In this document: piece after piece, positions 50,717 to 63,490 of the stretch | Layout of the letters: each line of letters begins with the position of its first letter | Numbering within the stretch: the stretch's first letter is position 1 | NCBI GenBank assembly: GCA_013239625.1 | Contig: MU053994.1 | Span: 3,043,589-3,107,588, forward strand | Source: Lama guanicoe | Taxonomy: Eukaryota | Reading direction: 5' to 3' | DNA length: 64,000 nt | Notes under the pieces: model-generated | Seen by the model: only the letters and a program-made list of their open reading frames with translations | What the model was told of the DNA's origin: nothing | The model's database searches: none | Program-made: the position numbers and the translations under genes

Positions 50717-52458
50717 CAGAAATAAACCTACATACTTATGGTCAGTTAGTCTATGACAAAGGAGGCAAGAATATACAATAAGGAAAAGACAGTGTCTTCA
50801 ATAAGTGGTAAGCGGAAAACTGGACACGTACATGCAAAAGAATGAAATTAGAACATTTTCTCACACCATATACAAAAATGAACTCAAAATAGATTAAAGA
50901 TCTAAATGTAAGACCTGAAACCATTAAACTCCTAGAAGAAAACATAGGCAGTATACTCTTTGACGTTGGTCTTAGCAATATGTTTTGGGATCTGTCTCCT
51001 CAGACAAAAGAAACAAAAGCAAAACAAAAAACAAACAAACAAAAAAACCCAAATGGGACCTAAGCAAACATTAAAGTTTTTGCACAGTGAAGGAAACCAC
51101 TAACAAAATAAAAAGGCAACCTACTGAATGGGAGAAGATATTTGCATACAATATGTCTGATAAGGGGTAAACATCAAAAATATACAAAGAATGCATACAA
51201 CTCAATATCAAAAAAAAGTTTAAAAAATGGGCAGAGGAGATGGAGAGGCATACAGAGAAGAAGTCATGAAACTACTTGTACAAAAACCAAAGAATCCAAT
51301 CAACAGTGAGAACCAATGCCCTATACAGATGGTTTCAGTCAAGCTGGTCCAGCTAACCCCCACCACTGGAGCCATCCTAACTGAGGTGCCAGACACGAGA
51401 GTGAAGAAGCTCTCTGGGATATTTCAGCCCCAGCAGACATCACCCAGAGATGAGATGAGCCATTCCCTTTGTGTCCTATCCAGATCCCTGACCCATAGAA
51501 TCATGCAATATAATCAAATGATGGTAGTTTAAAGTTAAAAAAAAAATGGGCAGAGGAGTTGAATAGGCATTTTTCTAAAGAAGACAAACAGATGGCCAAC
51601 AGGCACAAGAAAAGATGCTCAACATCACTAGTCGTTAGGGAAATGAAATCAAAACCACAATGAGATATCTCCTCATGCCTGTCAGAATGGCTCTATGTCA
51701 AAAAGACAAGAAATAATATGTTGGCGAGGATGTTGAGAAAAAGGAACCCTAGCACACTATGGGGATGTAAATTAGTGCAGCCATTATGGAAAACAGTATG
51801 GAGACTCCTCAAAAAATTAAAAATAGAACCAATATATGATCCAGAAATCCACTCATGGATATTTATCTGAAGAAAATGAAAACACTAATTCAAAAGGATA
51901 TATGCACCCCTAATGTTCATAGCAACATTACTTATACTAGCCAAGACATGGAAGCAACATAAGTGTCCATCAACGGATGAATGAGTTAAGAAGATGTAAT
52001 ATGTACATACAGTGGAATACTACTCAGCTACAAAAAAGAATGAAATCTTGCCATTTGTGACAACATGGATGGACCTGGAGGCTATTATGCTAAGTGAAAT
52101 AAGTCAGAGAAAGACAAATACTATATGTTTTCACTTGTATGTGTAATCTAGAAATAAAACAAACAAATAAAACAGAAACAGACTCACAGACACAGAGAAC
52201 GAAGTGGTTACTGGTGGGGAGAGCAGTGGGGGGAGGGACAAAATAGGCGAAGTAAGTATAAAATAAATGTTATACTAAGTAACACTAAGTATAAAAAATG
52301 TTACAAGGATATAATGTGCAGTACAGAGAATATAGCCAATATTTCATAACTTTGTGTGGAGTATGATTAAAAAAATATCAAATTACTATGTTGTGCACCT
52401 GAAACTAATATAATATTGTGAGTCAATAACACTTCAATTAAAAATAAATTTTAAAAAA
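50717..52458 (+). mobile_element. 5'-truncated L1 (ORF2 3' part and 3'UTR) with perfect TSD
   Basis: 16-bp TSD agaattgtggctcatc at 50701-50716 and 52459-52474; L1 ORF2 and 3'UTR motifs. Confidence 0.94.
51240..51540 (+). mobile_element. MLT1-LTR-derived ~300-bp insert with L1-type TSD inside the L1
   Basis: 18-bp direct repeat aaaaaatgggcagaggag at 51222-51239 and 51541-51558; MLT1 motifs gaggtgccagacacgagagtgaagaagc and cctgacccatagaatcatg. Confidence 0.8.
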
Positions 52459-52844
52459 AGAATTGTGGCTCATCTCAAAGCCCTCTGTTGCACCCCAATT
52501 TTTGAGTAATTCAAGGAAAAATGAGCATGTCTAAATAAAAAAACATCCATAATTAACGAACATCTGCCAAAAGGCATCTCTTCTTTTGTATAACAGACAT
52601 GTTGGGGTTCCAGAAAGTCGTGTGTAACTGAAATCCTGTTTCTAGTTTCTCTAGGATTGCCCAGGGTGATTGTCTTTGTAAAGTAAATAATAACATTTGT
52701 TGCAAATCCACATTTTTGTCTAGCTGGAGGGCTGCAAGTCACTTAGTTGGCTTACCAGGAGCCTAATATGTGAAGAACATTGTACCAGGAGCTGGAGGAA
52801 GGATTTTGCTTTTAGTTTTGGGTCTCAGTCCTGTGCCTCCGGTT

Positions 52845-52980
52845 ATTTACTTATTTATTTATTTTTATTATTGTTATTTTTAAAATTGAAGTACAGTCAA
52901 TTACAATGTGTCAATTTCTAGTGTACAGCACAATGTCCCAGTCATGCATATACATACATATATTCGTTTTCATATTTTTT
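52845..52980 (-). mobile_element. Short L1 3' end
   Basis: ttgaagtacagtcaattacaatgtgtcaatttctagtgtacagcac. Confidence 0.85.
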
Positions 52981-54319
52981 GCCTCCAGTTTTTTTGAGAA
53001 GTGTGGCAGGGTCCCTGACGGGCTGGGTCTACTACTGTCCCTCTTTCCTGCTGGGGGCACTGTTGCTGCCACAACTGTTCCCACTGTCTTCTTAGCCTTT
53101 GGGTACCAGCAGCTGGAAGGGCACCAGCTGAGGGAAAGCAGATAAATGTGGAAAATGACCACGTAAGTCACCAGCCCAGACGGTACCGTCCTACAACTGG
53201 CCAGCAACATTCATTGGCAGTTTCTGTTTAAATGGAAAATTGTTCCTAAAGGGAAATTCTGACCCTTCTCTGGTTTAGAGTAAGCCTAAACGTTTCGAGG
53301 AATGGAGAAAGCATGGCATGAAGATAAGCAACTTGGTCCTGAACCAACGCAGAATATTTTAAAAATTCATCATCAACTTTATTTTTCAATATTTTAATGT
53401 ATTACAACCAAATCCAAGTTCACCATACAACTCCGTGGAAAGAAGCAAATGAGCAGGCAGGAGTCAGATACAAATGGGGCATGCCCACAAAATGCCAATT
53501 TGAAGTTTGTGGTTTGGAGCTTGGAAGGCTCTTTCCTAGAGGAAAACAGAGCAATGTTTAAAGTGGTCGTTAGATTTCTTGGCTAGACCTCAAAATTCTA
53601 TGTAAGTCACATTATGGCTGAAATGCCCATCTCTTATAATTAAAAATTAGTAGAAAACAAAATTTTTGCAATAATAATTTAAAAAAAAACAATGTCAGAA
53701 CAGAATAAGACAGATTTTATTCATCTGAACCACTAGTGCTTAAAAAAAAACAGACTTAATAGAAAGTAGGAGAGAAGCTGTTAACTTTTGGGAAGATTTT
53801 AATCGGTATTTCTGGGAACTCTCAAAAGGTTTAAGGACTTGAAGTCACTGGTTCCTTTTGTCTAATTTTAGTTCATAATTTATGGCTTTTCTTTTTTCAA
53901 TACAATCATAGCCCTAAAACCACTCTGGTTTAACATGAGCCATGGTTGGGTGGGGTTTGGGCTGGAACATGGAATTAAAAAGAGGGAGAGATTTTACTGA
54001 ACTATGTTACATACTAGCAGAAGCAGCTCTAGGAGATACAGGTGAAAGGGGACCTAAGTGAAAAAAGATCGTCTTTGGTGGAATTACTTTGCCTGGCATA
54101 GTGACACATGGTGGTGAGAAAAAAACCGGTGAGGGTAAAGAAAGCTTGGGTTGACCAGTGCCCTGGCCTGCAGAATGGCTCCTCAGCACCTGAGTGTTTG
54201 GGTGCTCTACCTAGTGTTGGGAAAGAGATGGAAGGCACCACGTGTATCCCACCACTCACATACAAGACCTGCTCCAATACTGGTGTTTGAAACTGAGAGC
54301 ATGCCTGCTTTGCAGTGCC

Positions 54320-54793
54320 AGACTGTCAGAGCTCATCTCTCCAAAGATGGACCCTGCAATGGACTGGTATTCACGCTCTTGGATCCTGGCTGACCCTGGG
54401 ACTTGCTTTTTTGGCTAACAGAGTGTGTGACTTCTGAGGCTAGGTCCTAAGAAGTCTTGCAGCTGCCACCTGGGTCTCTTGGAACATGTGCTCTAGGAAA
54501 AGCCAGTCACCATGCTGGCTTTGGGAAGCTCAAGTACTCTGAGGCCACCATGCTGTAAGGAAGCCCAGAGCTGCTTTCCAGCTCCTCCGGCCCAGGTGCC
54601 AGATGTCAGTGAAGAAGATTCAGAGAGGTCCAGCCTTATCCACTGTCTGACTGCAACCAGACTCAGAACCTCAAGGAAGAACCGCACAGCTGAGCCTGTT
54701 ATCATCCCCCAGAACTGCAAGGAATATTAAATAAATGGTTGTTTTAAGCCACAAAATGTTGGGGTGTCTTTACACAGCTTAGATAGCCAGCAC
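54320..54793 (+). mobile_element. MLT1E/F-like LTR
   Basis: tgtgacttctgaggctaggtc; gaggccaccatgctgtaaggaagccc; aataaatggttgttttaagccac. Confidence 0.8.
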
Positions 54794-55872
54794 CCAGATT
54801 AAGCCCAAAACTTGCTTTCCTACAAAGGGCACCAACATTTCAGTTCTAGACCACTATCCACTCCCATGAGGATGGGTTGACCCATCCCTTCACATGCTGA
54901 GCACAAGGGAACATCAAGAATCTCCCCAGCACTTATTCCTCAGCTTTTAGGTCTCGATTCATTTCTCCTTAAATCTCACTTGTGGGCCCTTTGCTAGATT
55001 GGAAGTCTAGCGATAACAATTAAGGAAAATATATTAAGTAACAACAACCATGAACCTCTTGAATGAATAAAGGTACCGGTAGCTTTCCGGTGAGGCAGCC
55101 TTGGTGGAACACCGGAAATAACTCAGCACCAATGTTCCAAAGCTGACTGAAAAAACAACTTCCTGTTGCTACAATTGCACCGCTATTAGTTAAAATTGTG
55201 TTTGTCCAGGATCTCTTTCTAAGAACTGGATCCTTCTGGAGATACGGAGCGGTACAGGTGTTTTTGAGAGACCGGCTTAAGGAACTGAGTAAAGAAAGAC
55301 CATCTGGGCACACGGTCTGAGAGCCCCTGAGCTGCGGAAATGACTTGAGCAGGGCAGTCATTTTCTTGCTGAGTTTTCACTAGGTTGTTGTTGTTTTTGA
55401 TGACGAGGCTGGTAGACTCATCGCTGAACAATTACACAGATGAAGACAGTCAGGACAGTACAGTCATCGAGCTGACCAAGAGATCTCAGTTTCACCAATT
55501 CCCTCCTCTCAGAAGAATGAAACATGTGATTACATGAGTGGAGCTGATAAGACACAAAGAATTTGTCCCCAGGTCAGTGTCCCCTACAAGGCTGATAATC
55601 GACCAGAGTTGCTTTCTGCCTTCTACCTGGAATGCTGGCATGACACGCAGATGGTACTCAAAAATGTCTGCCTCATGAATGAATCTATGACTTACAAGTC
55701 CTGAAACTGAGGAGCTTGGAGTCAGGTAACCCACAGGGATACTATAAATAGCCAGACTGAAAACAGCTCCATTCATGCTGTAATTGAGTCACACCCTAGC
55801 TAACTATACAGGGTATTCATCCAGGCAAAAATATAGAATGTCATCAGGACATCGTCAGAAAAAAATAAAAGC

Positions 55873-56016
55873 AGATCTTGTGGTAGCTCACAGTGGAAAA
55901 AAATGTGACAATGAATATATGTATGTTCATGTATAACTGAAAAATTGTGCTCTACACTGGAATTTGACACAACATTGTAAAATGACTATAACTCAACAAA
56001 AAAATGTTAAAAAAAA
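55873..56016 (+). mobile_element. Young 5'-truncated L1 3' end
   Basis: Near-identical to 8940-9065; imperfect TSD agaaaaaaataaaagc / agaaaaaagtaaagc. Confidence 0.88.
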
Positions 56017-56574
56017 AGAAAAAAGTAAAGCGTCTACGTTTCCAGACTTTATGGATGCCCTGAATATTAACATCAAACATTTCTGATCTTTTACTGGTTT
56101 GATCTCAGAGGATGGAACAAATCTTCTTTCTGTGTGGCATAAACCCTATTGTCAGCACCACCAAGGGGCCTCGTACAGTGGAGAGACTCAGAGGTGACAA
56201 AGGTGCTTGTGAGCCAGGCTGTGACAGCTAGTTTCTCTTGGGCTCCCGAAGGGCATGGTGAGGGTACAAGCAGGCAGCCAGAGAAGCCAGCAGACAACAG
56301 CCCACTAGGAAGGGTTTACTGGCTCCAGTCCTTTCCTAGCAGTGCCGGGCTGGAGACCCACCTGCTGGCCGGTCTTTCAGAAGCAATGATGGTGACAGTG
56401 CTGGCAGGGAAGGCAGCAACAGAACAAGAAGGGGCCTGTTCCCACCCCCACAGTCACAGACAGACTCCCAGGTCTTTCTCAAGAAACATTTCCCGTAAGG
56501 GGACTTGCCTTTCTTTTCTCTCTGCTTCCTCATCCAACCGCTGCTGGGTCCCCTTAACTGGAGGACCTAGGAGA

Positions 56575-56912
56575 AATGTTCCTCCTAATGTTGAAATCCT
56601 AACTCCCAAGGTGATGAAATCAGGAGGTGGGGGCCTCTGGGCGGTGATTAGGTCATGAGGGCAGAGCCTTCATGAATGGGATTAGTGCCCTTGTAAAAGA
56701 GACCCCACAGAGCTCCCTAGCCCCTTGTGACAAGTGAGGACAAGCAAGATGATCATCTAGGAACTAGGAAGTGGGTTCTCACGAGACACTGAATCTGCCA
56801 ACGCCTTCATCTTGGACTTCTGGCCTCCAGAACTGTGAGAAATAAATGTCTGTTGTTTATAACCCAGCCCGTCTGTGGTATTTTGTTATAGCAGTCCGAA
56901 TGGACTGAGACA
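56575..56912 (+). mobile_element. MLT1A-like LTR
   Basis: catgaatgggattagtgccctt; tggcctccagaactgtgagaaataaatgtctgttgtttataa; ends gactgagaca. Confidence 0.88.
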
Positions 56913-57529
56913 GTTCTCCAGTTGTCCTTGTGATGAGGTCAAGAAATAATACGAGGAGGTTGTGATGGTTAATTAACTACTAAGTAAGGAGCCCAGCCTG
57001 GTATTGAAGTTAGGTTAATTGAAGAGCATGATTGTCCAATAAACCTTTGGGGGAAACTACAAAAGGAAAGTTCAGCACGTATGTTACTGACTAGTTTGCA
57101 TTTCTGGACACTCTCTATGAATCTTCCAGGATCCTCAGAAAACACGTCACCCAACATTTGTCAGTAGAGTTTACCGAGGAGGAAGGCGATGATGATTACA
57201 CTAACCAGGAAGGAAGGAAAGGACAGGGAATCGGTACTGGGCCTTTAAAAGAAATCAGCTCCCACTGTTACCACCACAAAACAATAACAAAAGGATAACA
57301 ACTTTAAAGGCACCTTTGAAGCGTCTAGATATATTTTAATTGCCTCAAGTTTCTCACAATCATGATGGAAGAAGCAGTATTTAAAAGAGAAGGCATGCAT
57401 AAAGAAAAAAAAGTTGCAAGTCAGAAAAGCTAACTGGTTTCTTTCCTTCAAACTTAATTTTTTTAATTAAAAATTTTTAAATTGAAGTACAGTTTGATTT
57501 ACAATATTATATTAGTTTCAGGTGTACAA

Positions 57530-59030
57530 AAACTTTTAATTTTGAGACATTGATAGATTCCCAGGAAGTTGCATAACTTAGTACAAAATGAAAATGAGGA
57601 AATGTACAATCCACAGACCTTATTCAGATTTCACCAGTTCTACATGCACACATTTGTGTGTGCGCGTGCGTGTGCAGCTCCATGCAAAGTTATCCATGTG
57701 TAGCTTTGTGCAACCGCCACTGTGATCAAGACACAGCTCTACCATCTCCACAAGGCTCCATCAGGTTACCCCTTTATAACCACACCCACTCCTCTCACCT
57801 CCCCCATCCCCAACCCCTGGCAATACTAAGCTATTTTCCATCTCTAGAATTATGTTATTCCATGAAAGTTATATAAATGGAACCATGCAGGAGGCATCCT
57901 TTTGAGATTGGCTTTTTTATTTTCATGCAACATAACTCCCTGAATATATGTCCATCTTGTTGTGTGTATCAATATGTCTTTGCTCAGGCTACTGTAACAA
58001 AATGCCACAGACTGGGTGGCTTATTTCTCACAGTTCTGGAGGCTGGAAGTCCAAGATCAAAGTGTGGCAGATTTGGTTCTTGGTGAAGGCCCTCTCCTGG
58101 CTTGCAGACAGCTGCCTTCTTGCTGTGTCCTCACATGGCCTTTCCTCTGCGTGCAGGATGGCAGAGGAGGGAGGGAGAGAGAGGGAGAGCAAGGGAATGC
58201 AAGCACCTTCTGGTGTCTCTTCCTTTTAGTATAAGGGCACTAACCCCAACATGATGGTCCCACACTCCAAACCTCATCCACACCTAATGACCTCCCAGTG
58301 GCCCTATCTCCAAATACCTTCATATTTGGGGGGGGTTAAGGCTTCAACACATCAACTTTGGGGGACACAAACACTGAGTCCACAATACAAAGGCTCATTC
58401 TTTTTACTGCTGAGTGGTCCTTCCCGGTATAGATGTACCACAGTTTAACATTGGAGGACATCTGGGTAGCTTTCAGTCTTTGGCTATTACAAATAAAGCT
58501 GCTATGAATGTTTGTGTAGAAGTTTCTGTGTGACAATAAGTTTTCATTTCTCTGGGGAAAATGCCTGAGGGCAAAGGCTGGGTTGTATGGTCACTCCAAC
58601 TGGTTTCCAGAGTGGCTGCATCATTTGACATTCCCACCAGCAACATATGAGAGATCCATTTCTCTGCGTCCTCTCCAGCATTTGGTGTTGGCACTATTTC
58701 TTTATTGTAGCCATTCTGATCATGTCTGGTGCTATCTCATTGTGGTTTTAATGTGTATTTCTGTCATGGCTCACGATGCTGCACAACTTTTCATGTGCTC
58801 GTGTGCCATCTGTATACCCTCTTCAATGAAATATCTGTTCATATCTTCTACCTATTTTCTAATTGGATTGTTTATTACCATGAAACTTTGAGTGTTCTTT
58901 ATATAATCCAGATACAAGTCCTTTATCAGATGCATGATTTGCACGTATTTTCTCCCAGTTGTTAACTTGTCTTTTCTTCTTCTTAACAGGGTCTTTGACA
59001 GAGCAAAGTTTGACATTTTGACGTGGTTTC
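57530..59030 (-). mobile_element. Old L1 (L1MC/MD-like) 3' region, interrupted by an MLT1A-like LTR
   Basis: ttggctattacaaataaagctgctatgaatg; acattcccaccagcaacatatgaga; gtcctttatcagatgcatgatttgca. Confidence 0.82.
57975..58387 (-). mobile_element. MLT1A/MST-like LTR
   Basis: ttatttctcacagttctggaggctggaagtccaagatcaa; ttgctgtgtcctcacatgg. Confidence 0.85.
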
Positions 59031-60208
59031 ATTTTAAAGTTAAAAAAATAATAATGATCTCCTGGCTTGTCCTATATTCCGTGCTAAATAAGGGCATGTA
59101 CATATTTCATCCATCTGTCTGTCCGTCCATCTGTCCAGCTACTCAATGCGTATTGAGCACCTACTATGTTCCAGGTTCAGGGCGAGGTACTAGTGATCTG
59201 AAAAGGATAAAATACAGTTGCCTTCAAGTGTTCACAGTCTAGCGGGGACAGGGACGTGGAGACATGCCTTCCATTGGAGTGTGGTATGGGATGCAAGGCA
59301 GGCTATGGGGGCCCAAGACGGAGCACCTGTGCTGGCTGGGGGAAGGTGGAGAAAGCTGCCCCTCACTTGTGTCTTTCACACAACTTTTGAGGGACTATCA
59401 GTTATGGACCAGTTGAAATCCTAGTGCTATTCTAGCTATATACAGGTCATAGTGTATCATGTAAAAACATCCATCCATTCTTTTCATCAAAATGACCACT
59501 GGTTCGTTTTCTAGAATATTCTGTCCACATCCCCAAAGAACTAATACCAAAACTGAGATCTTATGAGATTCATGGCGAATTTACCCCTGGATGTGATCAT
59601 TTTTCAAAAATAAAGTGACACCTGTTCGTTCAACAGGTGGTCTTCACTGAGAAGTACAGGCATCAAGGAAAGGTGTAGCTGGGTCTTGTTGTATAACAGT
59701 CCTTGGTCTTAATATAGCAACGTTCATCTGAGAAGCTTAAAGGACTTGACTCACATGACAAGCTGCCTCATTTTGCACTGACTCTTTGAAGAAGGCAAGA
59801 CAAGATTTATTATGCAATGGTCTATATTCTGAGTATGATGTTCCCTACCCAGGTACCTAGAAGAGTATGGCCAGTGACATATCTGGGAGGAACCTAGAGA
59901 TTCTTAAGTGAGAAGAGAAAATTGAACCATTGGTTTGGGCCACAGTTCTCCCCTCATGAATTTTTTAAGTGTAAGGCCTGATCTTGACTGATCAAATTAT
60001 CATGATAACAAATACTTGAGGCTCAAAACCTGAGAATGCTTTCTGTTCTTATGTCTGGTCAATACTTCACCCTGTCAATTCTCCCTGGGTGATGTGCCCC
60101 CTTATAGCCTCCTTTCCCTCCTATTCCTACTGCAGTTTGGTCTGGGGACACTTGACATCCAGCTGTCTAACTTCAGCTTCTTTCTGCCCCAACCCACCCA
60201 GTACACAG

Positions 60209-60571
60209 CTGCTCTAGACTGAATGTTTGTGGTCTTGTCCCCCTAGATTCATATGTTGAAGCCTAATTCCCAATGTGATGGCATTAGGAGGTGGGGCCTC
60301 TGGGAAGTGATTAGGTCCTGGGGGTGGAGCTCTCATGAATGGGATCAGTGCCCTTATAAAGCCCTAAGAGCTCCCTTGTCTCTTCCATCATGTGAAGACA
60401 CAGCAAGAAGGCCTCTTCTATGAACCAGAAAGTGGATCCTTACCAGACACCAAATCTGCTGGTGACTTGATCTTGAACTTCTAGCCTCCAGCACTATGAG
60501 AAGTAAATATCTGTTGTTTATAAGCCACCTAGTCTGTGACATTCCGTGATAGCGGCCCTAGCTAAGATAGC
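60209..60571 (+). mobile_element. MLT1A-like LTR
   Basis: tgctctagactgaatgtttgt; ctcatgaatgggatcagtgcccttataa; tgttgtttataagccacctagtct. Confidence 0.88.
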
Positions 60572-61250
60572 AGTGAGGATAGATCTACATCCCAAATGCA
60601 GCATATCGTTCTGTCACTCCCCTGCTCAGAAATCTTTAACTGCTCTCCACTGCTTACAAAATAAAGTCCAAATGCTTCATTCTCCATGATCAGCCTCAAT
60701 CTGCCTTTTTTTTTTGTCTTATCTTTTTTCCTACTTACTTTTCAATCTCCCACTATTTTTCTAAACACCCATTTAAACACCATCGTCAACAGATGGTCAG
60801 CTCCATGACATCAAGGACTGGAGTCTTCCTCATTTACCACTATATTCCAGCTTTGTGGGTTTTGTTGAGTGAGTGAATAAATCGTGCTCTCCAACCATTG
60901 TTTATAAAACTCACTGTTTCCAAAACTCACTGTTTCCAAAAATTCCCTGGCCATTCCTAGGCCCCAGCCCACAGGTTTCCACATACTAGTGTCTTCTCTC
61001 TCATCCCCATAGCTAGTCCCACCAGAAACAGTCTTTCCCTTCCCCTCTGATTATGTGAATCCTGCCCATGTCTCCAAGTTTGACTCAAGCTCTAACTTTG
61101 AAGTCTTCTGGAACTTTCTAGCCCATGGTATCTTCCTCCTTAGAAGAGCTATTGCATTTTTGGCACCACTCATTCATTTGCTCCATGTTTAGTAAGATGA
61201 ACAGGATGCAGGCCCTGTGGTAGAGGAGCTCATGGTCAAATGGCATTTAC

Positions 61251-61859
61251 TGTTACGTGGGCTGCTGCCCCGGAATCATACACCTGCCCCTCCCTTAAAT
61301 AGAAACCAATTACTCTTATCTAAGTTTCAGGAGGAAGCTGCAAAGGGGAAAAAAACAAGATCTGGTTAGAATCAACTGGGCCCAAGATGGTGGAGGATTT
61401 GACTTCCATTAGAGCTTGAGCCTCATTATATGCTCACTGTAATACATTAGCATGCTAAATGGCATACCCATCAGCACCATGACAGTTGAGGATTGCCATG
61501 ACAACAGCTGGAAAAGCCCATACAAGGACTGAAAAGGAGACTTGTATCAGTTCTGGGTCTAAACCACACACCTTTTCTTGGATAATTCATGAGTATTCTT
61601 TTTCGAATTCTTTTTCCAGTTCCCTCCCTTTTACCTCAACCCTCCTAAATATTTGGTGTCTCCACCCAAATTGGGTTGAAAAGTTGACTTGCAAACTAGG
61701 TTCCTGCTTCTCCATTCTTTGGCCATTGAATAAAATCCATGCTGTACCAGTCACAGCATCAGTTTCATTATTGGCTGCATGAATCCAATCAAAAAAAGAA
61801 CCTTCCAGGCTGGGACAGGTGGTCTCGGACCAGGCTAAGACCTGACCAATTCAATAATA
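61251..61859 (+). mobile_element. MER41-like ERV1 solo LTR
   Basis: Hallmark block cctcattata...ttagcatgctaaa...cagcaccatgacagtt...ttgccatgacaac; starts tgtta; near-TSD ttac/ttat; aataaa at ~61729. Confidence 0.75.
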
Positions 61860-62084
61860 TTATCACATATTGCCTCATGTTGGGTCAGTAACCTTTTGTG
61901 TGTACGTTTTGTCTCCCCAGTTCCGTGATGGCAGAGGCCATGTTTTCAACTTGTTTCTCCCTCACCCCAGCTCTTAGCATGGTGTTCAATAAGCATTTTT
62001 TGAATGATTAAAATAATAATTCGATTTGACATTTTCCCCTCTTCATGGTTTTCTTCCTCCGCCCAGATAAAATAATTTCCCATC

Positions 62085-62260
62085 ACCCGTACAAGGTACA
62101 TAGGGGATGGCTCTCATTATCCTTATTTTATCAATGAGGAAACTGAGGCGCAGAATGGTGAAGCAAATTGTTCCCGACTGCAAGTGAGTCATGGTTGCTT
62201 CATTCAAAATAGAGGTTGAACAGTTTTGGAATCAAAGACAGCTCTATCTCCATGGTGCCA
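62085..62260 (-). mobile_element. MIR remnant
   Basis: cattatccttattttatcaatgaggaaactgaggcgcaga. Confidence 0.65.
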
Positions 62261-63413
62261 GTATTTAGCTATCTCCCTTAGACGCTGAGTACAAATTGTG
62301 CCCTATTACATACACATACTGACTTCATCAAAATTGCAGAGAGGAACACATATATGCTTGAAGTCAGAGTGTGGTTGGTGCAGTATAATTAATTTCCTTA
62401 TATTCAAGATCAAGTTGTGTGAAAGGTAACATATGATAGATTCAAAAACATTCCCGAGAGGAAAGAGTGGGTGGCAGTTGGTGAGCTGCAACATTTTTCC
62501 TTTCATAGAACAATTCTCCTGGAAGAAACAGCATTGCTGCCTTTTTCTATTTTCAGCACAAAGTAACACTTAACTAATCCAATTATTATTCAAGTGAAGG
62601 TGTATAGCCACAAACCCTCACTTAATCTGCCAGTTTTGCAAAACAACAAGCTAACCTATAGCAGAGGATGCAGATTGGGGGGTCTGCTGGCACAAATGAA
62701 CTCACATAAAGGGTCTACAGATTTTTCACTTTAATTTGGAATGCATATAAAGGGATATTTATAACATCTATGAGGCAAGAAGAATCAAGAAAAACAAACC
62801 TTCATGTACCCATCAACCCAGCTTAACAAATAGAACAGTACCAATAGCCCTGAAACCTTCGAGGCACACACAGTACATGAAACAATCTGAATGAGCTGCC
62901 AGAGACAAAAATCAATTGGGACATTTCACACAAAAATCTGGATGGCCAGCCTCTCTTGAAAACCTGGCACCACTGGGCCTTCATTCCCAGAGGGAAATCA
63001 TGGGTGGGCCCTGCGTGGGGTCGCCACTCCAGTTCACCCCACCCCACCCCGTGTCTGCTATCTGACTGCCTTTCTTCATCCACATGGCCTGTCTGGCCCT
63101 GAGACATCTGAGTTCATAACCCCTGGCACGTGTGTTTCCTTTCTGAGTTGGCTTTCTCCCCTTTGACGCTGTTCAAACTTTCTATTTCCCTAGTTCTCCT
63201 GCTTCTGCTTTAGGGGATTTCTTTTCTGGGTGAAGCAGGACCTTTAAGAGGCACTGGGCTCTCTGGAGATGCGCAGATGAGAAGAAACTGTCTCTGCCCT
63301 CAGTGGACATGTACCCACGGAGGAACTGACCTGTGTACAATTGCATATAATACAAGACAGGCAGCAACAGAAATGGAGAAAGGGTTGCAGGAACACAGAG
63401 CAGGGGGAAACTG

Positions 63414-63453
63414 TGTGTTAGCCAGGGTTCTCCAGAGAAACAGAACCAACAGG

Positions 63454-63490
<37 letters not shown>

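Noticed and set aside
51227..51532. 101-aa ORF spanning the MLT1-derived insert
   Set aside because: Starts within the TSD, is built from LTR sequence, and has no protein similarity that I recognise
53380..53700. Possible ancient DNA-transposon remnants (also ~1050-1220, 32270-32530, 49145-49295, 62890-62980)
   Set aside because: Too degenerate to name by eye; needs a Dfam search
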